A model generated the notes under the pieces. It did not search any database. It was not told the DNA's origin and was given only the letters and a program-made list of their open reading frames with translations. Shown piece after piece: positions 1-8,301 of a stretch of DNA of 14,831 bases (positions are counted from its first letter, which is position 1; every line of letters starts with the position of its first letter). The stretch covers positions 1 to 14,831 of the forward strand of contig JBFEXS010000050.1 of NCBI GenBank assembly GCA_041562555.1, in the 5' to 3' direction. This DNA is from Sulfurimonadaceae bacterium. GTDB lineage: Bacteria; Campylobacterota; Campylobacteria; Campylobacterales; Sulfurimonadaceae. The translations under genes were made by a program, and so were the position numbers.

Positions 1-542
1 ACCTGGCTGGATTTGCTGTAGGGATGGCTGAAAAATCTGAACTTGATCGCGTTTCTCAGGTAAAAGAGGGGGACGTCCTAATCGCGTTACCCTCTTCCGG
101 CTTTCACTCTAACGGCTTCTCCCTTGTACGAAAAGTGCTCTTTGATAAAATGGGGATGAACTTTGATGATGATTTCAACGGTCGCCCATTAATCGATGTA
201 TTATTGGAGCCGACACGCATCTATGTCAAAACCTTCAAGGCACTCAAGGACAAATTGGTAGCAATGGCGCATATCACAGGCGGTGGTATCGTCGAGAACC
301 TTCCCCGTGTTCTTCCTGAGGACCTTTATGCCGACGTCGACAAATCGGGACTTCGCCCACTTCCGATTTTTGACCTGCTAACGGAACATGTTGGTGAAGA
401 AGAGATGTATCGTGCTTTCAATATGGGTATCGGTATGGTACTTGTTGTTCGTCCTGAAAATGTAGATGCTGTACTGGCAGGATCTGACGGATACGTCATC
501 GGTACGATGAAGGCAGGTGAACGCTGCGTCAAGATGTCCTAG
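1..542 (+). CDS. purM: Phosphoribosylformylglycinamidine cyclo-ligase (AIR synthetase), C-terminal part; gene starts upstream of the window
   Basis: Frame is open from nt 3 (LAGFAVGM...). PurM motifs SSGFHSNGFSLVRK, LLEPTRIY, AHITGGG..ENLPR and FNMGIGM are present. Stop TAG at 540-542. Confidence 0.97.
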   Translation, partial: LAGFAVGMAEKSELDRVSQVKEGDVLIALPSSGFHSNGFSLVRKVLFDKMGMNFDDDFNGRPLIDVLLEPTRIYVKTFKALKDKLVAMAHITGGGIVENLPRVLPEDLYADVDKSGLRPLPIFDLLTEHVGEEEMYRAFNMGIGMVLVVRPENVDAVLAGSDGYVIGTMKAGERCVKMS

Positions 543-549
543 ACATCTT
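531..549 (+). terminator. Hairpin over the purM stop codon (possible terminator or 3' stabiliser)
   Basis: AAGATGTC-cta-GACATCTT, a perfect 8-bp stem with no U-tract. Confidence 0.35.
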
Positions 550-568
550 CGAACCAGATAAGCCCTGC

Positions 569-596
569 TTAACACTCCCTGCGCTAGTATAAGCAT
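569..596 (+). promoter_or_regulatory. Putative sigma70 promoter giving a leaderless mRNA
   Basis: gcTAGTAT (-10 at 585-590) lies 6 nt before ATG 597. No Shine-Dalgarno is present. TTAA at 569-572. Confidence 0.5.
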
Positions 597-2165
597 ATGG
601 ATACCGAAATACTAGACATCTTCTCAAATAAGTTTGCATCTGACATTCCCTTGATGCATACATATATCGCCTCATTGAATGAGGATGACGGTATGTCAAT
701 AGCCAATCTTTTTCGCCTTTTTCACAACTATAAAGCCTCAGCTTCTTATCTCGAGCTCAAAGAACTGTTCTTGCTTGTGGCTCAAGGCGAAAATATCTTG
801 AATGCTTTACGCTCGAGTAAAGGTGAAGCCACTGTATACGACCTCCAATGGTTAACCTCATGTGTTGATCAGCTTCAGATCTGGTCAAACGAACTTTTAG
901 AAGAGCAAGAACTCAGTAGTATGAATCCCTCTCTTTTCCCTACTATCACTATCCTGGATGAGGAGGAACGGACTTCAGATGTCATGCAGGGCTTAACACT
1001 TTTATATGTAGACAGCAGTCTGACCCGAGCCCAGAAGATGCAGGCACCCTTAAAGCACGTTTTCAAATCCGTCAATATAACAGATAGTCTGGATGAGCTG
1101 AGGACAATCGTTTTGAACAACCTTTGTGACATTGTTTTACTGAACATGCTTGAAGAGAGTATTGATATTGCGACGGAACTGCTTATCTTAAAACCGGATA
1201 TCGCACTTATTACAGCCGTTCCTAATCTCAGAGCCAATCAAAGGTCCCGTCTGTTACTCAAAGGACTGACCCACCCTATTCATTCGCCGATCCGCTCAGA
1301 CGAGCTCAAACGCCAATTACACAATATAGTCACCTCACATTTTTCCAAAGTATACACCCTTGTATCACATCAAAAGATCTATAATTTCATCCAGGGTATT
1401 GATCCTCTCCCAAGCTCGATCAAAGAGATCACTCGATTATGTGATGATCCGGAAAGTTCTATCAAGGACCTTATTCACATAATAGAGTCTGATTCCATCA
1501 CGACAGCAAATATTTTACATGCTGCCAATATGCCTATCTATGCGGTTAAAAGTACCTCATCGATAGAACAAGCGGTAGTCTCCTTTGGAAAACGCCTGAT
1601 CAAAGCAATCACGCTCAGCGACTTGGCTTGCAGGATTGGTAGTTTGCAACTGCAAGCCTATAACATCAATGAAGAACAGTTCAAACAGACTTCGCGTCTT
1701 CGTCTGGCGTTAATGAATGCCTGGTATTTTCAGGTCGATCCGGATGCCCTCACACTGCTCTGCTCCTCTGCTATTTTGGGAAACCTGGGCGAAATTCTTA
1801 TTGATCAGGAACTCATAAACCAGGGTCTTGAACATGCCTTCAAAGATTATGATGTCAATGAGTTCTCAAAGGCTGAAGTCACCTTGTTAAAGACAAGTGC
1901 TGCCTTTGTCACGGCAGATATTTTAGAATTTTGGGGTCTTGACAGTGAACTTGTAGATTCTATCAGATACAGTGATTCACCCTTCAATGCAAGCTCTGCA
2001 AAACTGCAGCAACTTGCTTGCGCAAATGCGATCGTATACAGAATGGTCACACCTCACGGCGAACTCCACACACAGATTCCGAATAATGTGAAGTCACTCA
2101 TGTTGAAAGCAGGTCTGGAGATTGATAGCCTTGAAAAAGCTATTGTATCTGTATTAGAAAGTTAA
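597..2165 (+). CDS. HDOD-domain signalling protein with N-terminal Hpt-like domain and degenerate receiver domain
   Basis: Hpt-like LFRLFHNYKASASYL (His43). REC-like fold at about aa 133-245 (LLYVDSS...DIVLLN...HSPI). HDOD-like region from about aa 265 (IDPLPSSIKEI...IESDSITTANILHAAN...SIEQAVVSFG). Confidence 0.8.
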   Translation: MDTEILDIFSNKFASDIPLMHTYIASLNEDDGMSIANLFRLFHNYKASASYLELKELFLLVAQGENILNALRSSKGEATVYDLQWLTSCVDQLQIWSNELLEEQELSSMNPSLFPTITILDEEERTSDVMQGLTLLYVDSSLTRAQKMQAPLKHVFKSVNITDSLDELRTIVLNNLCDIVLLNMLEESIDIATELLILKPDIALITAVPNLRANQRSRLLLKGLTHPIHSPIRSDELKRQLHNIVTSHFSKVYTLVSHQKIYNFIQGIDPLPSSIKEITRLCDDPESSIKDLIHIIESDSITTANILHAANMPIYAVKSTSSIEQAVVSFGKRLIKAITLSDLACRIGSLQLQAYNINEEQFKQTSRLRLALMNAWYFQVDPDALTLLCSSAILGNLGEILIDQELINQGLEHAFKDYDVNEFSKAEVTLLKTSAAFVTADILEFWGLDSELVDSIRYSDSPFNASSAKLQQLACANAIVYRMVTPHGELHTQIPNNVKSLMLKAGLEIDSLEKAIVSVLES

Positions 2166-2189
2166 TGCTGTTTGCCTCATCTGTTCATC

Positions 2190-2204
2190 AAGACCAAAGG
2201 TCTT
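2190..2204. terminator. Small hairpin between convergent genes
   Basis: AAGACC-aaa-GGTCTT overlapping the ccoG stop; only 6 bp. Confidence 0.25.
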
Positions 2205-3636
2205 AACGTTCCATCTTCTTGCGGATTATATCTGCCCTAGGATAGGTAAAGCGGATCTCTCTTTTGGCAAAGATTGTCTCATTAGCATCGACAGCATAGG
2301 CTCTTACCTTCACTTCCAGGATCGTATCATGTCGATCCTCTTCCACCAGCTTATCTGTCGTATACAGGACAAAAGTTTTCTTTGTCTTGTGTCCCGGTTC
2401 GACCGTGAACGGATGGGAAGGACGTGCGATCTTTATCTTATCATTGTCAAGTACTTCCAGGTAAAAGTCATGTGCTTTGTTCTGTGTATTTTGCAGTAAT
2501 ACCGTATAGGCATTTTCAACTCTGGCTTTGCCATCTACATTCTCTATATCATATAATCGTGTCTGTTTATTGATATTGATCAGCATCAGTTCTTTTTCCA
2601 TCCCCATCAGCATAAGGATCATAAAGATACCTGTCAAGACAACACCGTAACCAATGATCTTCGGACGGAAAAAACGTGTCTTGCCTTCTTTGAGCTCGAT
2701 CTCTCGGGTACTTGACCAATTTACCAGGCTCGGTTCATTGAACTTCGCCATCACTGTCGTACACGCATCGACACACTCAAGACAGTTGATGCACTCCAAC
2801 TGTAGACCTTGACGGATATCAATATGCGTCGGACAGACGGTTACACAGGATTCACAGGTTGTACACAGATCTGCCGCTGCAAGCTGATCCTGTTTGTCCA
2901 CCAGTTTCGTATGATGTTCATCATAGATACGCCCGCCACGTTCATTATCATAGATCGCCATGATCGTATCATCATCATACAATACCGATTGAATACGTGA
3001 ATATGGACAAACGTAAATACAAAAGTTCTCCTGTAAGAAAACAATGTCGTAAAACAGAAACAGTGCGATACCTATCCATGCTCCCATAAAAAGCTTGTGA
3101 TCGCCGATATTGGCGACAAAGTCAAAAAACTGTTCAGGAGGTACAAAAAACCATAGGGCATCTGCCGCAGCCAAAAAGGCCAGAATGATCGAAATGATCC
3201 AGATGACAACACGTTTTACCTTATTGATCGGCTTTGAATAATCCGGTTCGATCTGCTTGTTCTTGATACGTTTACGCAGTTTGAAGATCTTCGTCTCTAT
3301 GAAGTCTCTAAATACTGTACGAAAGATCGTTTGCGGGCAAAACCAACCACAAAACATACGTCCGCCCAAGACAGTGATCCCGAATACCCCAATAAACAAA
3401 ATCATCAGTAAAAATGGTAAAAGATAGAGCTCTTGCATATCAAAAGTAATAAAAAAGAAGTGAAATTTAAAGTCAACAAAACTCAAAAGAAAAAAGTGAT
3501 TACCTTTAACGGTCACCCATGGTATGATCAAGGTAAATGCCGTAGCAAAAGCGAATACATAATAACGCATGTAGCGCAGAGGGATCCACCCCTTTAAATA
3601 TTCCGAGGCCTTCACTTTCGTTTGTTCGCTGCTCAT
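2203..3636 (-). CDS. ccoG: cbb3-type cytochrome c oxidase accessory protein CcoG/FixG (4Fe-4S membrane protein)
   Basis: GRMFCGWFCPQT, ENFCIYVCPY, CTTCESCVTVCPTHIDIR and QLECINCLECVDAC motifs plus a FixG-type C-terminal domain. Start moved from TTG 3651 to ATG 3636, which has GGGAGG upstream. Confidence 0.95.
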   Translation of the reverse strand: MSSEQTKVKASEYLKGWIPLRYMRYYVFAFATAFTLIIPWVTVKGNHFFLLSFVDFKFHFFFITFDMQELYLLPFLLMILFIGVFGITVLGGRMFCGWFCPQTIFRTVFRDFIETKIFKLRKRIKNKQIEPDYSKPINKVKRVVIWIISIILAFLAAADALWFFVPPEQFFDFVANIGDHKLFMGAWIGIALFLFYDIVFLQENFCIYVCPYSRIQSVLYDDDTIMAIYDNERGGRIYDEHHTKLVDKQDQLAAADLCTTCESCVTVCPTHIDIRQGLQLECINCLECVDACTTVMAKFNEPSLVNWSSTREIELKEGKTRFFRPKIIGYGVVLTGIFMILMLMGMEKELMLININKQTRLYDIENVDGKARVENAYTVLLQNTQNKAHDFYLEVLDNDKIKIARPSHPFTVEPGHKTKKTFVLYTTDKLVEEDRHDTILEVKVRAYAVDANETIFAKREIRFTYPRADIIRKKMER

Positions 3637-3699
3637 AATACGTCCTCCCAAAAATTTTATAATAAAAGGTAATTATATATATAAGATATAACCTAGATA

Positions 3700-3735
3700 T
3701 CACATTCTAACTCGAATTGCCTCACATTCACTTTA
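3700..3735 (-). promoter_or_regulatory. Putative sigma70 promoter of ccoG
   Basis: Minus-strand gtTAGAAT (3704-3709) with an AT-rich upstream region. Confidence 0.45.
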
Positions 3736-3859
3736 AAAAATCCCCTGAACTGATCAAAATCTTGCTAAAAAAAGACAGATTACTCTCATTCAGATTAATC
3801 TTTTGTAAATATTCACACTTACTGTTATTCATTAAAAACCGCATACATGTAATATGGAT

Positions 3860-3870
3860 TTAGGTATAAT
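3860..3870 (+). promoter_or_regulatory. Putative sigma70 -10 of the TPR-rnc-aroC operon
   Basis: ggTATAAT (3865-3870). SD-like AAGGG at 3902-3906. Confidence 0.6.
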
Positions 3871-3911
3871 CTATCCTATTAAAGCTAAAGCAGCAAGTAA
3901 AAAGGGCATGA

Positions 3912-4955
3912 ATGGAAGGGTTGTTTATAGATTACAAAGATCCGCTTTTTGGGATCATCATCTTTTTCAGCCTTATCTTTATTGTCGCATTCTTCTCTTA
4001 CTGGTGGGGACGATTTAAAACCAAAGAAGACGAAAAGAGTCTTGACCGTTTTATCAAGAATTTTCACACGATGCCCTCTGAAAAAGAGCTCTCTGAGATA
4101 CTTTCGGCATCGGACCTCTCCCATAAATCACTCTATATCCTTGCTACCAGCTACATCCAACAGGGTGATTATGAAAAGAGTATCGAAATTTATACAGCTA
4201 TCCTAGATCGAAAACTCTCTATACATGATCAAAAAGAGACCATGATTCTTTTAGGCCAGGCCTATCTAAAAGCAGGTTTCTTGCAGCGTTCAAAAGACCT
4301 TTTTCTGGAAATACTTTCCCGTCATCCCCGCACCCCTTCTGCCCTGCAGTTTCTACTTATCATTTATGAGAAGATGCGTGACTTTGAAAAAGCAAAAGAG
4401 ATTTTGGAACCTCTTGGTGAGATGGATATGGAAGTAGCTAAAGACGCCATGTATCTCTCCCTTGTCTCCATGCAACACAATATGCGTATCCCTTCAGATG
4501 AGAAGATAGAGAAGATCATCGGCTGGTACAAGAAGCATCACCAGCTCGGCTATATGATCTTTGAGCACCTCTTCAAACTCTCACCTGCTCTGGCATGGAA
4601 ATATCTTGATCAGAGCCTGTGCGAACGTATTTCCGATATCTTATGGAATTTAGAACCACATCAACTCGATTTGGATATAATTTCATCCAATGCTTATCTA
4701 CAAGAGCTCTACACAGCAAAGGGTGTACTAAAGAGTGCTGATAAAAGTTCTGTTTTTGAACTTGATGTCCTGATCAATTTGCAATCTTCCGGTTATAAAG
4801 ATGCAGATATACAGTTTGAATATCTATGTAATGAATGTAAACAGGTCTTTCCTTTTTCATTCCATCGCTGTCCAAACTGTCTTGGAATTGACACAGTGCA
4901 GAGTGAGATGCTCTTGACTAAAGCTGGATTCGGGACGAACCTCTCCTTCCAGTAA
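3912..4955 (+). CDS. LapB/YciM-like TPR membrane protein with C-terminal rubredoxin-like CxxC...CxxC
   Basis: N-terminal TM helix, TPR-like helices (LGQAYLKAGFLQRSKDLF) and C-terminal CNEC...CPNC. Typical Campylobacterota position upstream of rnc-aroC. Confidence 0.8.
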   Translation: MEGLFIDYKDPLFGIIIFFSLIFIVAFFSYWWGRFKTKEDEKSLDRFIKNFHTMPSEKELSEILSASDLSHKSLYILATSYIQQGDYEKSIEIYTAILDRKLSIHDQKETMILLGQAYLKAGFLQRSKDLFLEILSRHPRTPSALQFLLIIYEKMRDFEKAKEILEPLGEMDMEVAKDAMYLSLVSMQHNMRIPSDEKIEKIIGWYKKHHQLGYMIFEHLFKLSPALAWKYLDQSLCERISDILWNLEPHQLDLDIISSNAYLQELYTAKGVLKSADKSSVFELDVLINLQSSGYKDADIQFEYLCNECKQVFPFSFHRCPNCLGIDTVQSEMLLTKAGFGTNLSFQ

Positions 4956-4991
4956 GCATCAACCATTAAGAATAAATACAAGGAAACTGTT

Positions 4992-5672
4992 GTGAAAAAT
5001 ATTGATGAACTAGAAAAATCTCTAGATTATCACTTTGAAGATCCACAGCTCCTTATTGAAGCGCTGACGCATAAAAGCTATAAGCAGCCCTACAATAATG
5101 AGCGATTGGAATTTCTGGGTGATGCAGTTTTGGACTTGGTCGTGGGAGAATATCTCTTCGCTAAGTTTCCAAAGTTTGACGAGGGAAAACTCTCCAAGAT
5201 GCGCGCCTCTTTAGTTAACGAAGAGGGCTTCACCCGCATGGCGGAGCATATAAATCTGGGTGAATATATCCTGCTTTCAAACGCAGAAGAGAACAATAAC
5301 GGCCGTAAAAAGCCATCCCTGCTTTCCAATGCTTTTGAAGCCGTTATGGGTGCTATCTACCTACAAGTGGGTCTTCAACATGTGGAAGCTTTGATGCATC
5401 GCTACCTCGACGAGGTCTATCCTGTGATCGATATGAGTACGCTCTTTAAAGATTTTAAGACAACCCTTCAGGAACTCACACAGGCTGAGTTTGGGGTCAC
5501 TCCAGACTATCGACTGGTAGGTACCTCCGGGCCGGATCACAAGAAAGAGTTTGAGATATCTGTCTTTATTCAGGACAAAGAGTATGCAAAAGCAAAGGGC
5601 AAGAGTAAAAAAGTCGCTCAACAAGAGGCTGCCTTCATTGCCCTCGAAAAACTGAAAGGAGAAAGAAAATGA
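4992..5672 (+). CDS. rnc: Ribonuclease III
   Basis: Signature [12 protein letters not shown] and C-terminal dsRBD (FKTTLQE...GPDHKKEF...[12 protein letters not shown]). GTG start with AAGGA upstream. Confidence 0.98.
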   Translation: MKNIDELEKSLDYHFEDPQLLIEALTHKSYKQPYNNERLEFLGDAVLDLVVGEYLFAKFPKFDEGKLSKMRASLVNEEGFTRMAEHINLGEYILLSNAEENNNGRKKPSLLSNAFEAVMGAIYLQVGLQHVEALMHRYLDEVYPVIDMSTLFKDFKTTLQELTQAEFGVTPDYRLVGTSGPDHKKEFEISVFIQDKEYAKAKGKSKKVAQQEAAFIALEKLKGERK

Positions 5673-6742
5673 ATAAGTTCGGTATCCGTTTATCATTCTC
5701 TACCTTTGGAGAATCCCATGGAGCAGGCATCGGTTGTGTCGTCGATGGTGTTCCTGCAGGACTCAAGATCGACGAGGCATTTATCCAGTCTGAATTAGAC
5801 AGACGTAAACCGGGACAAAATGAATTTGCCACAGCGCGTAAGGAAGCCGATAAGGTCGAAATCCTCTCAGGAACCTTTGAAGGGCTTAGCACAGGTACAC
5901 CGATTGCCATGGTGATCTACAATACCAATCAAAAGTCAAAAGACTACAGTAACATCAAAGATATCTTCCGTCCAGGTCATGCCGATTTCACCTACTGGAA
6001 CAAATATGGCATCCGTGATTACCGCGGAGGTGGGCGCTCTTCAGCCCGTGAGACTGCCGCAAGAGTTGCTGCAGGGGCTATTGCCAAACTGATGATTGCC
6101 GAACTTGGTATTGAAGTACAAAGCGGAATTATCGAGATTGCCGGTATCCGCTCCCAAGAGCACGACTTCGATTATGTCAAAACAAGTGAGATATATACCC
6201 TTGATAAACATGCTGAAGATGCACAAAAAGCGGCAATTCTCGAAGCAAAGACACGTCACGATTCTGTCGGTGGTGCCGCACTTGTAAAGATCAAGAATAC
6301 ACCCATTGGTCTGGGTGAACCTTTGTATTACAAACTTGATGCCGTGCTTGCTGATGCGATGATGGGTATTAATGCTGTCAAAGCCGTAGAAATCGGTGAC
6401 GGTATCGAATCATGCCGTACCACAGGTTCTACAAACAATGACCCCATCCGAAATAACGGTTTCAAATCCAACCACTCAGGCGGGATCCTCGGTGGTATTT
6501 CCAACGGAGAAGATATCAATATCTCCGTATACTTTAAGCCTACACCATCGATCTTTATCGAGCAAGAGACTATTGATACCCATGACACTGAGCAACACTT
6601 TTCTCTCAAGGGCAGACATGATCCCTGTGTCGCTATTCGTGGCTCTGTCGTAGCTGAGTCCATGGCAGCCCTCGTCATCGCCGACATGCTTCTGCTTAAT
6701 ATGGGTAGAAAAATGGATGGTATTAAGAGTTATTACTCCTAA
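5669..6742 (+). CDS. aroC: Chorismate synthase
   Basis: [34 protein letters not shown] and GRHDPC motifs. ATGA overlap with rnc. Confidence 0.99.
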   Translation: MNKFGIRLSFSTFGESHGAGIGCVVDGVPAGLKIDEAFIQSELDRRKPGQNEFATARKEADKVEILSGTFEGLSTGTPIAMVIYNTNQKSKDYSNIKDIFRPGHADFTYWNKYGIRDYRGGGRSSARETAARVAAGAIAKLMIAELGIEVQSGIIEIAGIRSQEHDFDYVKTSEIYTLDKHAEDAQKAAILEAKTRHDSVGGAALVKIKNTPIGLGEPLYYKLDAVLADAMMGINAVKAVEIGDGIESCRTTGSTNNDPIRNNGFKSNHSGGILGGISNGEDINISVYFKPTPSIFIEQETIDTHDTEQHFSLKGRHDPCVAIRGSVVAESMAALVIADMLLLNMGRKMDGIKSYYS

Positions 6743-6805
6743 TATCCCATTTCTATCACCTCTGAGTAATCTTTATTATCTACTACTTCTTTTTAAATCA
6801 TTTCC

Positions 6806-6814
6806 TGTTATAGT
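6806..6814 (+). promoter_or_regulatory. Putative extended -10 promoter of the histidine kinase gene
   Basis: TGtTATAGT; SD AAGGA before ATG 6859. Confidence 0.45.
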
Positions 6815-6858
6815 AAAACAAGTTACTCTAATGTACTATACGCGCAACAAGGATAAAA

Positions 6859-8199
6859 ATGAAGTTGTATGAAAACCTTGTCAATGCCGGCCTAGATATT
6901 GACCCTTCTCATCCTCAATTCAAACGTCTGCGCACGATGAACTTTATTCTCTATCTTAATGTGATTATTAATGCTGCCGTCATACAACCTAATCACATTG
7001 CAGGGTATACGGTATATCCTATAACCAATTTGATCGTTGTTGTAATAGGTATCATCGGTATTCTCTTACTCCGTCAAGGTAAAAAATTCATTCCTCCGGT
7101 AGCGCATATCTCAATTTTAACACTTTACATGATAACGATACCTGCTCTTATTGAAGGAGGTATAGCCAACAGCGGATTCGTATGGTTCTTCATAATTCCT
7201 CTGACCTCTATCCATCTTTTAGGAAATAGAGTGGGGATGTACTGGGTATATCTCATGTTTGCAACAGAGCTCTCTGCCTTTTTCTTTTTAAACCCGGCCT
7301 CACTTCCCTACGAAAAGCCATTTCTTTTTTATCATATGATTTCTTTGGCAGTAGGAACGATCTTTATACGCTTTTATCAAAGTACCATTGATCTTTTTGA
7401 AGAAGATTTAAGAGATAAGAATATTCAACTCAATCGCTTGACATATCACCTACAGCATGAGGTCGAAAAAGAAGTCAATGCAAACCGCGAAAAAGACATA
7501 CAGCTGCAACAATCTTCTAAAATGGCCGCTCTCGGTGATATGGTCAGTAATATTTCACACCAATGGAAACAACCTCTAAGTATTATCAATACCATTGTTT
7601 ACAAGATACAAATGGCCCGTGCTCTGGATAAGCACACCTATGATCTAGACGATGAGCTCAAAGGGATTGTTCAGCAAAGTACCCTTATGCAGGAGACTAT
7701 GCATGATTTTTTACGTTTCACACGACCTGATACCAAAGATGAAGCTTTTTTTGTCAACAGTGCCTTTCGAACCCTTCTCAGTCTCGTGGAACCTAGCTAT
7801 ACTGCTTCAAACATTAAACTCGATGTTACCCTTCTAGATACTGATGAAGAACTTTTTGGAAAGCGCAGTGAATTTATTCATGCCATCATGAATATTTTAA
7901 ATAATGCCAAGGACGCCATGCTGGATAAAGAGCAATCCAATGGACATATTGACATAAGCATGTCAAAAGAAAATAATGATTTACGACTGTGTATTCAGGA
8001 TAATGCAGGGGGTATCCCGGAAGAGATCCTTGAAAAAGTTTTTGAGCCGTATTTTTCAACAAAACTTGATAAAGGTGGAACAGGACTGGGTCTTAACTTT
8101 ACCCGACAAGTCGTTGTCGAACATTTACACGGTACTATTTGTGTCTATAATAAAGACGAAGGCGCCTGTTTTGAGATCCATCTTCCTCTTGACCTATAG
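6859..8199 (+). CDS. Membrane-bound sensor histidine kinase (about 5-6 TM helices, HisKA and HATPase_c)
   Basis: H-box NISHQWKQPL, N-box NILNNAKDA, G1 DNAGGI, F-box FEPYFSTK and G2 GTGLGL. Hydrophobic N-terminal region. Confidence 0.93.
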   Translation: MKLYENLVNAGLDIDPSHPQFKRLRTMNFILYLNVIINAAVIQPNHIAGYTVYPITNLIVVVIGIIGILLLRQGKKFIPPVAHISILTLYMITIPALIEGGIANSGFVWFFIIPLTSIHLLGNRVGMYWVYLMFATELSAFFFLNPASLPYEKPFLFYHMISLAVGTIFIRFYQSTIDLFEEDLRDKNIQLNRLTYHLQHEVEKEVNANREKDIQLQQSSKMAALGDMVSNISHQWKQPLSIINTIVYKIQMARALDKHTYDLDDELKGIVQQSTLMQETMHDFLRFTRPDTKDEAFFVNSAFRTLLSLVEPSYTASNIKLDVTLLDTDEELFGKRSEFIHAIMNILNNAKDAMLDKEQSNGHIDISMSKENNDLRLCIQDNAGGIPEEILEKVFEPYFSTKLDKGGTGLGLNFTRQVVVEHLHGTICVYNKDEGACFEIHLPLDL

Positions 8200-8261
8200 C
8201 TCTTCTTTAGAACTAAAAAAATAGGACTAATTTTTAAGACTGCACGTTCTCTAACCCTGCT

Positions 8262-8271
8262 AAGTTACAAT
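8262..8271 (+). promoter_or_regulatory. Putative sigma70 -10
   Basis: gtTACAAT (8266-8271), about 30 nt upstream of ATG 8302. Confidence 0.45.
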
Positions 8272-8301
8272 GCCCCTAAAATACAAAAAGAGATAGCATT
8301 T

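Noticed and set aside
2203..3636. ccoG located away from ccoNOQP
   Set aside because: A separate ccoG is common in Campylobacterota.
3637..3651. TTG start extending CcoG by MGGRI
   Set aside because: This stretch contains the SD (GGGAGG) for ATG 3636.
3908..4018. Out-of-frame ATG 4 nt upstream of the TPR gene start
   Set aside because: Only 1 nt from the SD-like AAGGG, so unlikely to be used.
8206..8235. TAGAACTAA/TAGGACTAA near-repeat and AT-rich near-palindrome
   Set aside because: Low-complexity AT-rich sequence, compatible with chance.
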